Under the pieces are notes generated by a model. The model saw only the letters and a program-made list of their open reading frames with translations, had not been told where the DNA came from and ran no database searches. DNA of 64,000 bases. Origin: Squalus acanthias. Its lineage: Eukaryota. Positions 36,277-48,135 of this stretch are shown here, piece after piece. Position 1 is the stretch's first letter. Each line of letters begins with the position of its first letter. The stretch covers positions 9,860,001 through 9,924,000 of the forward strand of contig CM059433.1 of the NCBI GenBank assembly GCA_030390025.1. The letters run 5' to 3'. A program made the position numbers and the translations under genes.

Positions 36277-37678
36277 CCACGTGGTAGCTTTAACAACGCA
36301 CATCGAAGCAGGCTTCCAGCGCCAGCTCAAGACTGCCATAGCACTCGTGGACCTGTCAGCGGCGTATGACACAGTATGGAAGCATGGACTGCTTTTCAAG
36401 CTCTCCACCATTTTACCCTGCAGAACAACGATCCAGCTTCTCAACTCCATGCTTAGCAACCGACGCTTCCGTGTGTACACTGGCACCCAGAAGAGCAGAT
36501 AGAGGACATTGAACAACGGATTCCCACAGGGTTCTGTCCTGGCACCCATGTTATTCAACGTTTACACCAGTGACCCGCCCGAAAACAGAGTCCCGCAAGT
36601 TTGTCTCCGCTGATGACATTGCCTTGGCCATGCAAAACATGAATCTGTCCATCACCGAGGAGACTCTGACCAGTGATTTACAGAGGATAGAGGCCTACTT
36701 CCGCCGATGGCGACTTCGGCCAAACCCGCAAAAGACCGTCACCTCGACATTCCACCTCAACACCCATCAAGCAAACCAAGCTTTGAAAGTCTCCTTTTGC
36801 GGTTCAGAGGTAAACCAGGCCAAAAACCCTCCTATTTAGGAGTCACGCTCGATCACACCCTGTCATATAGACAACATCTCCAGAACCTTGGGAAGAAACT
36901 AAAGAGTAGGGTCAACTTGATCCAGAAACTCGCCGGATCCACATGGGGAGCAGATGCTCAAACCCTCCGTACGGCAGCACTCGCCCTGGTGTACTCTACA
37001 ACGGAGTACTGCTCTCCGACATCGCTATCAAGTCTGCATGTCAAATCCATTGATGTCCAGCTGAATTCTACTGTGAGAATTATCACTGGTTCGCTTTTAT
37101 CAACACCAGCACCTTGGCTGCCCGTGCTTGCAAACATCACACCACCACACCTACACTGTGAATATGCAGTCTCCAGAGAATGCAACTGCTACACTAGCAA
37201 AGACACGCCGATCCAGGCCGACTTGAACAACCTGCCACCAACCCGTCTCAAATCTAGAGGGCCATTTTGGACCGTCGCCGAAGCCCTTCAGTGATCTCCC
37301 CTCAGCCTTGATGACCGATGGTGAAATGCTTGGAAGAACTGCGACATACGGAATGGATTCCTCATAGAGGACCCCACCGTACAACCTGAAGGATCAAACC
37401 TTCCTCGCAAACAGTGGACAACCATCCACCACCTCAGAACCGGTCATGGTAGATGCTGCCACCTTCTCCATAGATGGAAGATTAAAGCATCCCCATCATG
37501 CGACAGTGGAGCTCCTGATCGGACCCTGGAGCACATGATTGAGCACTGCCCTCAGAGGAAATTCACAGGCAGCCTACAAGATATCCACGCTGTTACACTG
37601 GAAGCTTTGGCCTGGATATCTGACTTAGATATTGACATTTGATTTGCTTTGCTACCACCACACAAAAGAAGAAGAAGA
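36277..37678 (+). mobile_element. Vingi/Ingi-type (I group) LINE, 5'-truncated and frameshifted
   Basis: LTTHIEAGFQ..VDLSAAYDTVW, NNGFPQGSVLAPMLFNVY, ADDIAL, YLGVTLD and KLAGSTWGADAQTLRTAALALVYS; C-terminal LRTGHGRC..EHCP; (AAG)n tail. Confidence 0.82.
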
Positions 37679-37859
37679 TTTCTCCTGCTTGTTGCTCTTC
37701 CATGTCACCTAAAATATTTGTAATGAAAATTCAGGGCTTTAACTTTAGAATCTGGTACATTTTGCATTTACTTTTTAGGGTGGCAGGATTCTTCCTCATT
37801 TCTCGAGACTATTATCTTTGCTGATGATTTAATTTATAGGTACATATGTTAAAAATGAT

Positions 37860-38345
37860 CTGTCTGGGGTAGCACTGGACCATATTGTGGTTTGGTTGCT
37901 GCTCTGTGCTGATGTAACTCACCTCAGCCTGGACTAGCAGTTGCGGGGGAGGGGGGGGGGTTACAATTGACCTCAGCACCCCCGACCTATATGGGGGGAG
38001 ATCGACCAGGCTTCTCACTCCTGACCACTATCCAGCGACACCTGCTGGCAAGAGGATGTGAGGAGATGTTTGGAGAGGACAGGATTGGGATCAGCTATTA
38101 CGTCCTTCAGGTTTGAAGAGCCTGCCATCACTCATCGGGGGTGAAATTCAACTTTGGCGGGGGCGCAGAAAGTGTGCTCACGAACGGGCTGCCCCTTATA
38201 TACCCCGCCCAATTTTCCTATCCATCGGGGAAAGTTGAATTTCACCACCCCCCGTGTCCAGCCACACAATGGTTACTTCAGCCGGTTATTGGACAGCTTC
38301 TTGCACCCCTGTTACTCCATCAATAATCAGCGTCTTCAGGAAAGG
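37860..38345 (+). mobile_element. SINE-B copy interrupted by a ~115-bp MITE (38137-38250)
   Basis: TIR GGTGAAATTCAACTTT / AAAGTTGAATTTCACC; SINE homology resumes after the insert. Confidence 0.7.
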
Positions 38346-38530
38346 AAGGGAGAGAATTGGAAAAATCTGGCACACTAACATTAGGTTTAAAAAATAACCT
38401 GCTGGAAGATCAGTTTTCTAAAAATATTTGTCCTGTCAGGCTTTATTAAGTCTTGTTCTGATGAACACAAGGATGTTCTCACTGCACGGTTCAACAGATT
38501 TTGTCCTGCAGAAGCAAGCCAGACAATATC

Positions 38531-39015
38531 AGAAAGAAAGAAAGAAAAACTTGCATTTCTATAGCGCCTTTCACAACCACCGGACATCTCAAAGCGCTTT
38601 ACAGCCAATGAAATACTTTTGAAGTGGAGTCACTGTTGGAATGTGGGAAACGCGGCAGCCAATTTGCGCACAGCAAGCTCCCACAAACAGCAATGTAATA
38701 ATGACCAGATAATCTATTTTCGTTATGTTGATTGAGGGATAAATATTGGCCCAGGACACCGGGGAGAACTCCCCTGCTCTTCTTCGAAATAGTGCCCATG
38801 GGGATCTGTTACGTCTACCTGAGAGAGCAGACGGGGCCTCGGTTTAACGTCTCATCCGAAAGACGGCACCTCCGACAGTGCAGCACTCCCTCAGCACTGC
38901 ACTGGGAGTGTCAGCCTAGCTTTATGGTGCTCAAGTCCCTGGAGTGGGGACTGTGAACCCACAAACCTTCTGACTCAGAGGCGAGTCGTGCCACCCACTG
39001 AGCCACAGCTGACAC
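38531..39015 (-). mobile_element. Full-length DeuSINE/SacSINE1-like SINE
   Basis: Reverse-complement head GTGTCAGCTGTGGCTCAGTGG..GGTTCACAGTCCC; body matches 53742-54208. Confidence 0.92.
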
Positions 39016-40442
39016 AAGCAATCAGTTGCTGCATTCATTTTCACTTGGAAGTAAAACTAAAAACAAAATGCTGTGTTTGTAAAAGTCTCATTTACACACA
39101 AACTCAACCATTTTTGGAGTTGGATACCTAAGCGTGGAAAGGGCTGCTGTCTATTGCTATGCAATCGGCAGAGTGCTGCTGTCTTTTGTGGTAGTTTTTG
39201 AATGGGGAAGGACCGAGTGATTGAGAATAATGCTGCAGAACCCCAGTAATGGGCCATTTGGTTTGTGTTATCACTTGGTTAGTGCAATCAGCCCTAAAAA
39301 AAAAACGCTTAATTGACACAGTCTAATTTGTTTACGGTGAAAACCAAGGCTTGAAAGGCACTGAGAATTCAATACAAAATAAATACAACTGCTCTACACA
39401 TTGATCTAAGAATCACGCAAGTAACATTACTGGATTACTGGGATGTTTCGAAGCATAACAAATTGCAGGATAAGAAGTAAGAAAGGAAGATTATGCCCTA
39501 ATTTACAGACTGCAGGCTACTGAGGTCCAGGCTTTCATTCTAAGTAAGAATAATGGGTGTGCATGGGGGCCCAGGCTAGGAAAACCTTCCATTCGTCTCC
39601 TGGTTCTCGCTGACTGCCGAAGGACAATTACTCAACCACTCAACGATAGGCCCAGATGGCTCTCACCCCCAGCCCTGTGGTTTAGAATTAACACATCTGT
39701 TCATACTCTAACAATGAGGATTTTAACACTGACTGCCAGCCAGCCCAGGTGGAATTTATTGCAGCTAAATCTATCTGGCAACAGTGTACCTAGGAACCCT
39801 GGTGTTCTGACAGACCATAAAACAATACAGCTGCATAAAATATTTAACAAGTCAGTAATGTGATGTCTTTAAGCTACTCTGCTAATGTATTGTATTGTTA
39901 ATCCTGTGGTGCTAAATCTTCTGGTGGAGACAACATCCCCCGGAAGCCAATGCTTTAAAAAGAGGACCTTCGTACTTATTTAGATCTTTAATAATTTGAA
40001 GCCTTAAACTTTAAAATAATTCTCCACTGCTTATTTTTTTTTGTTCTTGTTCAATGATGGATACAAATAATGAGACGTATGCTGGTGTGGGTGCTGCATG
40101 CAGCAGTACAACATCGATACCAGCAACACAGGGGTCAGAGATACCCATCCTCCACGACGGCAGTCCTCGTCCAGGGGAAGCCGGCTCCTGCTTGTTCCAC
40201 AGGCATCTTTGAAAGTCTCTGCACTAGATCTGCAATGCTGCTGTTACAGCCACCGACCAGTTCGAAACCAGCTCAAGGCTCCGATTCTGTGCCGGCAGAC
40301 GCTTTTAGATTGAGCCAGTTACACCGACTGTGCTCACCGGTATATCCGCGGGTGGCGACGGGACTGCATACCTGCACACGGCCCTCTCTTCACACATGCT
40401 ATGGCATTACACTGGTCTCTCTCTCTACCAGTATCTTTTAGT

Positions 40443-40736
40443 CATGATGCGGAGATGCCAGTGTTGGACTGGGGTGGACAAATGTGAGAAGTCGCACAAC
40501 ACCAGGTTATAGTCCAACAGCTTTATTTGAAATCACAAGCTTTCGAGCGCTGCTCCTTCGTCAGGTGACGGGCAGTTAGAAAGATTAGCTGTAGTCGTCT
40601 GGCAGTGTTCTCTGACTATATATGCTGTGCCCATATGTATTTCTTCACTTCACCTGACGAAAGAGCAGCGCTCCGAAAGCTTGTGATTTCAAATAAAGCT
40701 GTTGGACTATAACCTGGTGTTGTGTGACTTCTCACT
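40443..40736 (-). mobile_element. Short PLE family 1 element with inverted pLTRs, two hammerhead motifs (40533-40568 on -, 40650-40686 on +) and a tail
   Basis: 13-bp TSD AGTATCTTTTAGT (40430-40442 and 40737-40749). Confidence 0.9.
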
Positions 40737-41484
40737 AGTATCTTTTAGTGGTTTAGTCGTTTGGCATTTTCACAAAAATACCCAAGATAGATTAATGGGA
40801 GGGCTATCTCTGAGCCCAGCAGTGGTGAGGTTGCCATGGTGCTAATGTCAGTTTTATTCCCATAAGGCAAAGCAACAAGAAAACACTCTACTTTTGAAGT
40901 GTGCCACTCTGCATTCTGGGAAAATAGTCAGCTTCATATGTACTGGAATATGGGTAGATAAAATAGATTATCTGTCATTGAGCCCTGAGGACTGAGTGGA
41001 GCAGAGAAATGGTGATTAACTGGAGCTGATTGCTGAAGCCTTATTAAGAAATGATTTCAACTTTCTTGGGGACTTTTTTTTTGGTCTTGTGGACATTGTG
41101 AGTTTTGTCCTGAGTTTTTGTTTAAATGTGTTTTTGGTTGTGTTTTTTTTCTGGATTTTAATCTTTGCATCTCCACAGCTGATCCTGTTAGAAGGGAGGG
41201 GGCTATGTGTGTGTGTGAGTGTGTGGGGTGGTGGGAGGGGTGGGAGGGGTGGTGAAGGGCTTTCTAGGTCTGATGTCTTGGGGCCCCAGTTGCCGAAATC
41301 GAACACTCTAAATACTTGAACACATGACAGAAGTAAAGTAAAATGTAACTTATTAAAACTGCATTTTTCAGGAAACAGAAGTGTTACGGATATAACTGTT
41401 ATGGAATCTCCCCCCCCCCCCCCACTAAAATCAAGGGCGATTATGAATTTGCTGCATTTACCTTTTCCATGCGGTTAATCGGCC

Positions 41485-41845
41485 CGGGGGTGGTGGGCGG
41501 TGGGGGGTGGGGGGTGGGGGGCGGGTGGGGGGGGTGGGGGGGGGTGGGGGGGGTGGGGGGTGGGGGGGGTGTGGGGGGTGGGGTGGGGGGTGGGGGGGTG
41601 GTGGGGGGTGTGGGGGGGTGGGGGGTGTGGGGGGTGGTGGGCGGTGGGCGGGGGGGGTGGGGCGGGGGGTGGTGGGTGGTGGGCGGGGGTTGGGGGGGGC
41701 GGGGGGTGGTGGGGGGGTGGGGGGTGGGGGGTGGTGGGCGGGGGGGTGGGGGGTGGTGGGCGGGGGGGTGGGTGGGGGGGGCGGGGGGTGGTGGGTGGTG
41801 GGCAGGGTGGTGGTGGGGGTTGGGGGGTGGTGGGCAGTGGGGTGC
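41485..41845 (+). repeat. ~360-bp G-rich low-complexity tract (GGGGT/GGGC units)
   Basis: Nearly all G with single T or C spacers. Confidence 0.95.
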
Positions 41846-42913
41846 ACAGCACAGCCAGTTTCAGAACTGTCACCGACTGACCACAACGTTGGGATTCCCG
41901 CTTGCGCCGGCCGGCGCCAAATCCCGAAGTTGCGGTCAGTTTCAAAGGCGGAATGGCAGCGAACGCTGCCAGTTTGTATTCATCCCGACCGCAAATTGCG
42001 GGCCAGTACCTTACACACTCTATAAGATCACCTCTCAGATGCCTCTGATCAAGGCTGAAGAGCCTGAGTTCCTCCAGGCTTTTCACATAAGTCAGAACTT
42101 TAACACCAGTGGGGTCAGCCTCGTGAATCTTCTCCACACTGCTTCCAGGACTCGAATCTTTCCCTCGTTTCTCAGTGATCAGAACTGGGCCCGGCGGTCC
42201 TCAAGCAATTGGGAGTGGGGGGCAAGCAGTGGCCGGCGGCGGCCCGTGAATTTAGCGTGAGGGGCCGAGAGGAGCATTTCGACAGAGAATGCAAAATAGC
42301 TGCTGAATTTGCTCTTGTTGGAGATTTCAGAATGAATACTTGTTATTGGTTTTTATAGATTTTACAGTTGCTTTGTTCATTTCTTGGACATCCTTTGGAG
42401 ATTTGTTTTTCATAAATAAATGCTGTATCATGAGTTGAAGGAGAAAGTGCTGTGTCAGTCTTACATCAATTGTGTCCCAGTGAATTTGACAGCTATATTC
42501 ACCACTTATGCTGTTAATATTTTTCAGGCCCCAACCTGAACAACTATCAGAATTAGCTGGTCAGCTGTGTTATTTTTTTTGAAGCACGCACTTTGCTACA
42601 TCAGCAACACACAACCAGAAACAGTTTGTTTTTTAACCACTGCTGTCTTAAGAGAACTTGAAATCAGGAAAGAGGAAGGCTGGTGCTTTCCAATAGACCG
42701 TGCACACCCATTCGGTCATGGGTTCTCGCACACCCAGCTGAGGGGAGTGAAAAATAGATTTCAAAAAACCTCAAGGGAGGAGACTCTCCAACAGTCCTCT
42801 TTGACTAATAAGAGTAATTGAGCAAAAACTACCAGGTGCATATTTTTCAGTCCCAACCAATTGCCTTTAATGGATGATATTCCCATCATCCCGGAAATGT
42901 AACTGAAACCATA

Positions 42914-43279
42914 GGGCTGGATTTTGATACTGGGGCGGGTTGGGGTCGTGCCATCCGCTTTTCGTGTTATCCACCCGACTGCAATTGGATGTGGGAGATT
43001 GATGCAATTTTCACCTAATTGGGCAATTGAGTTCCAGCATGTGGGAACCCATGAACCAATTAGTGGTTTCAGTCTGAAAGTCGCCTCTGATGATGTCATC
43101 ATTGCTGCTGCATTGCAGGTCAGAGACTGCCTGGTCTCAGAGACTGCCTGGCCTTTGCTGTGAGAGGACCTGGATGCAAAATGAGCAGCATCAGAGAGAG
43201 AGAGAGAGAGAGAGGGGAGAGAGAGAGAGAGAGAGGGGAGAGAGAGGGGAGAGAGAGGGGAGAGAGAGGGGAGAGAGAG

Positions 43280-43318
<39 letters not shown>

Positions 43319-43776
43319 TTTTTTGCATCCAGGTCCTCTCACAGCAAAGGCCAGGCAGTCTCTGAAGACATTCAATGCAGCAGCATCAGAGGCGACTTTC
43401 AGACCTAATACTACTACTACCTTCATCACATTTCCGTTGTAATAGTGGACCTGCAGCTGATAGTCAGCTGTCCACTTGTGCTCCCGCCAGGTTTCACTGG
43501 CGTGTTTCACATCAGGCGTACTTCACGTCGGAAAAGGGTTAAACTAGTTAAAACGTTTCAAAATGGCATTACAGAGCCAATTTAGGGCTTGTTAAGGGCT
43601 TTAATGGCCTCTCCCGCCTCTTGGAGGCGGGACGGAGTCGGGAACACCACACACGATTTTATCAAAATTGCGTGGAGGTGGAATGGAGGCGGGATCAGGT
43701 CCGTCGGCCACTTTTCGCAATTTTAACCCCCCACACGCCTCCAAACCCGCCTCCACGCCCTATGAAAATCCAGCCC
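42914..43776 (+). mobile_element. Harbinger MITE (same family as 25535-26176) with an internal inverted duplication and a (GA)n tract
   Basis: TIR GGGCTGGATTTT / AAAATCCAGCCC; TSD ATA (42911-42913 and 43777-43779). Confidence 0.92.
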
Positions 43777-43789
43777 ATAGTGTCCTATT

Positions 43790-44235
43790 ATCATAGAATC
43801 ATAGAATAGTACAGCACACATGGTGCCATGGTCAGCTTGCTCATCCATCCTGCAGGCTTTTCCCTCATCCACACAGGCAGCAAGAACCTCCATACCTGTT
43901 GGACAAGGGCAAAGGCTGAGGCTCCTCCAGCACTGCACCTGGGGTCCACTTACCTGCCTGAGTTGCAGTCACACCCTCCTGTCCCTGACCACCAACCAGA
44001 CCTGTACCACTACCTAACCTAAGGGGTGTGACTGCCTCCTGGATCAAAGTGTCCAGGTAACTCTCCCCATCCCTGATGCCCCGCAATGTCTGCACCTCAG
44101 ACTCCAGCTCAAAAACCCTGAGCTGAAGTTCCTCAAGATGCAGGCACTTGCTGCAAACGTGCTTGTCCGGGATCACAATGCTCTCCACAAACTCCCACAT
44201 GCTGCAGTTGTGGCACACCGCCTGCACTGCCAAGG
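43790..44235 (-). mobile_element. CR1 ORF1 N-terminal fragment (Zn finger and coiled coil) abutting a CR1-type 3' tail
   Basis: C..CSMWE..HVCSKC.HLEELQLRV.ELE..LRGIRDGESYLD..PLSNRY; ATCATAGAATCATAGAA tail at 43790. Confidence 0.8.
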
Positions 44236-44339
44236 TTCTATATAAAGCAAATTTATCTTCCTAGACCTGCTAGTAATGAATACTTCACACATTATGAAAA
44301 ATACATAATAACTGCATATTAAAAATAACTACATAACTA

Positions 44340-44560
44340 CGATAGCAAAATACTGCGGATGCTGGAAATCCGAAATAACAACAGAAAACGCTGGAAAAAC
44401 TCAGCAGGCCAGGCAGCATCCGTGGAGAGAGAAACAGAGTCAACGTTTCAGGTCGAAGACCTTTCGTCAGAACTGGAAAAAAGCAGGAAATGAAATAGAT
44501 TAAAAGCAAGGATAAAGCTGGGAAAAGGGGGAGGGGATGAAAGAACAAAAGGAGAGATTA
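44340..44560 (-). mobile_element. PLE family 2 pLTR fragment with a hammerhead motif at 44438-44474
   Basis: Matches 16000-16103; reverse complement contains CTGACGA-AAGGTCTTCGACCT-GAAACGTT. Confidence 0.88.
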
Positions 44561-46214
44561 AGAGACATTGAGAGACATTAAGAGATGAATCTAGGTTCTT
44601 TTTAAATTTCAACGGTCTGCCACTTATCTTTCTGAAGTGCTGGAATGACAACTGACAGTCGCCTACTTGTCTATTTGAACACGTGGAACAGCTGGGACAT
44701 CCATGATGACTAGACATGTGGAGGAGAACATGTTACAATTTTAGCTTCCTCCCAACCATTTTGGGCTCACAGCAAGAAACAGTTTCTATTAGCAGAGCTG
44801 CACCATCTATGACTTGAAACGTGCAAGCTGGTGTGTGGGACAGCACGCTGCAAGACTAACTATTACCCTTTTTTCTACTGTCACCCACTTCGGTTGCACA
44901 GCTTCCATCAACTTTGAAAGATGGAAAACACCACACTGAGCAGACCATATCGTTCAGGCTAAAACAACTAGTCAAATTTATTTACCACCTACTCGACCTC
45001 CCATAGCATTGCACACGGGTAGTAAAGATGAATTTGAATGTTTCTGGTCAAGCAGGGTTAGAAGATGGGAGATAACGCAACCAATAGCGGGGGGGACGGG
45101 ACTGAGTAGTGGGGGAAAGGAGAGGAGGGGAGGTGGAGGGAGGTGGATGGAGGGGAGAGAGGAAAGGGAAAGAGGCGAAGGAGAGGAGGAGAAGGAAAAG
45201 ACAGAGAGGGGACGGGAGAGGAAGGGAGTGCGGCGGAATGGGAATTCAGCTCAGCGGGGGTAGGCATGGAGCAGGAAACCATTGGGGAAGGACAAATTCA
45301 GCCGGTTGAGGGCGGTGTGGCTGGAAACTGTAAAAGGGGAAATTAAGTGGAGTGGAGTAGCCTGTAATGGGAACTGCAGCCAGTGGGGTGTTGGGGTGGG
45401 GAAGGGGTTGCCAGCTAGTTGGTGTGTGCTTAAGCATTATTGGTACTCGCTGGGTACTTGAAATCACTGACTTCCAGCCATTCTGTTTCTTCGTCATTTT
45501 TGTGGGGTGGGGGAAGAGCTGAAATCTTGCGTGGAAAGGTCGGGTCTCAGTACTTGTTCAGTACGGGGGAGGGGGAAAAGGGAGTTACAGACTTGCTCAG
45601 TTTGAAGGGAGGAGGCTGAATCTTGTTTCTGTGGGCGGGGGGGGGACGGGTCGAGGAGGCAGAAAACGTGCTCAATGAGGGGAGGGAACAAAGTTGTGGA
45701 AAACCCAGGGGAAAAAATACTTGCTCATCGGGAGGGGCGCACTCTCGCTTGGGAAGTGCATAGTTGTTGATCTGAGCGCCTTTAAAGAACATTGTTGGCT
45801 TTTTTCTAATCTATTTCTCTTCTGGCCTCTCTGCCGTTTTCGACCCATCGTCATTTGTCATTTATTTTCTTACTTCAGGCTTTATGTTTTTGGGTTTTTA
45901 CCCTGGAGCATTCATTTGCTTTTTTCTGCACTTGTCAAGCTCTCCTTTGGGCTTTACTTTACATTGCTTGCACATGCTTCACATTTTTCTCGCGCGTGTT
46001 TTTAGATTTTGCTTTTGTTTTACAACAGTGGACAAATAAAGATGGCTACAGCTTATTTGCAGGGCTACCAGCTTCTGCAGAGGTTTCCTGCATTGCCAAA
46101 ATTGCTGTTTACTTTGAGACATAAATGGCTGGGATTTAATCTGGGAACAGTTGGGTTGTCACGTAACATTAGGTGATGCCCATTGTTTTCAATTTGTCAT
46201 GTAACATACATTGA

Positions 46215-46230
46215 CAGCGCCACCTACTGA
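46215..46230 (-). promoter_or_regulatory. Candidate CTCF binding site in non-repeat DNA
   Basis: Reverse complement TCAGTAGGTGGCGCTG closely matches the CTCF core consensus; binding untested. Confidence 0.55.
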
Positions 46231-46249
46231 TGCAGTATCCTTGGCATCC

Positions 46250-46684
46250 TTTTTTTTAAATTCGTTTATGGGATGTGGGCATCGCTGGCGAGGCCAGCAT
46301 TTATTGCCCATCCCTAATTACCCTTGAGAAGGTGGTGGTGAGTCGCCTTCTTGAACCGCTGCAGTCTGTGTAGTGAAGGTACTCCCACAGTGCCGTTAGG
46401 GAGGGAGTTCCAGGATTTTGACCCAACGACCAAGAACGATCAGCGATATACTTCTAAGTCAGGATGGTGTGTGACTTGGAGGGGAACTTGGAGGTGGTGG
46501 TGTTCCCATGTGCCTGCTGCCCTTGTCCTTCTAGGTGGAAGAGGTCGCGGGTTTGGGAGGTGCTGCTGAAGGAGCCTTGGCGAGTTGCTGCAGTGCATCT
46601 TGTAGATGGTACACACTGCAGACACGGTGCGCCGGTGGTGGAGGGAGTGAATGTTTAAGGTAGTGGATGTTGGTGCCAATCAAT
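46250..46684 (-). mobile_element. Second-family LINE 3' fragment
   Basis: Reverse complement homologous to 26770-27185. Confidence 0.88.
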
Positions 46685-48135
46685 CCTTGGACCACTCACC
46701 ATTTTTAATATATATTAGTGAAGATAATTACACAGAAGGAGGAACACACCCACCAGAAATTAATGGTGGCAATACTTAGAGAATACCAGACCACTCAAAT
46801 TTAAATATCTACATAGTCTGATAATCTGCAAGACTTTTGAAGGATGTAGGTTTCCACAGACTTCCTGATGCAATGTTTATACATGTGTACGGGGATATTC
46901 TTGCTTACTACATGGAGCCTGAATCTTAACTTACAGGAACTGAAAGTTGAAAGCTGCACTCTGAACTTGAACACTGAACTGATAAAAGAGGGAAAACCCA
47001 TGCTTATTACACCATCCCTCCGGGTCTCAAAGCAGATTGCATCACACAAGATCAAAGGAGTTATCTCCCACTGGGCAAGCAATTATGTTATTAATAAATT
47101 TTACTATTCAGGTTGAAGAGTTGAACAGCAGCCCCGTAGTTTACTTTTGACACTTGACTCACATATCAAATAGCTTGGATTTGAGAAGAACCCAAAGTGT
47201 CCATCAGTCATCTCCAAGTTTCATACGCATTTAAACATTTCAAAGTCACAAGAAAATTGCTGTTGCAATTAAATTGTAAGTGCAGGCAATCAACAGGATT
47301 ACGGGCAACCTCAACCCAGAAACAATAGATTTATGTATTATCTTACTCCCTCATAAAGACTAAAAGAATTTTTTTTAAGAATGCAGTTGATTTAAAAAAA
47401 ATTTTTTTAAAGACACTTAACAATATAATGCAGAAATGTTATTACGAGAGGCACAACAGAGCTTTGCTTCCATCACAGCCTAATCATTCTGAATTGTATC
47501 TACGACTTGCGACATCTCCACACGCACCTCCTGCTTCACCTCCTTCGACCTTCCCAGCACCCCTTTTCATTTCTTTCATACCCTCCAAAATCTTAACTCT
47601 ACTCCCCCCCGTACCTTTCCTAGTATTCCTAGTCCAGAGGATGGAGCTTTCAGGTAACTTTAAAGACTCATATTGCATCCAATAGAAAGCCCAGATTCTG
47701 AAGATCCGTTCGATTTTTGACATGTAACAATGCATCAAAACCCGTAAAAGCTGCTGCCAATGAACATACTCGATGACAGCCCCTCACGCTGATGACACCT
47801 GGGTGTCTAAGCTTGTCATCCATGATGATCGAAGGGTTCACGTTACCCTTTCTGAAATGGTTGGCATCTTTTCTGTTTACAGAGTGCATGTGGACTTTTG
47901 AGGGATTATGTTGCCATGTTCCTCAACTACAGAACAATTTTTGTTGCATGCTATTTTAAATTTAGTCACAAAAATCATGAATACATTTTTTTTCTGCAGT
48001 TCTTCTGCATGGATGTCAACTTTAGAAGGTGTGTTGACTTTTCTGACCATGATTACCCAGGGCTCTCTCTCTCTGATTTAATTTGCTGTGTCACTAAAAA
48101 CAAACAGTTCCGTCTCACTGCCTGCTTTCTGTTCA

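Noticed and set aside
40070..40441. 123-aa ORF next to the PLE
   Set aside because: No recognisable domain or splice context
41458..42260. Long Gly-rich and Pro-rich ORFs
   Set aside because: Artefacts of the stop-free G-rich tract in all frames
42761..43510. ER/SL-repeat ORFs
   Set aside because: Translation of the (GA)n microsatellite inside a MITE
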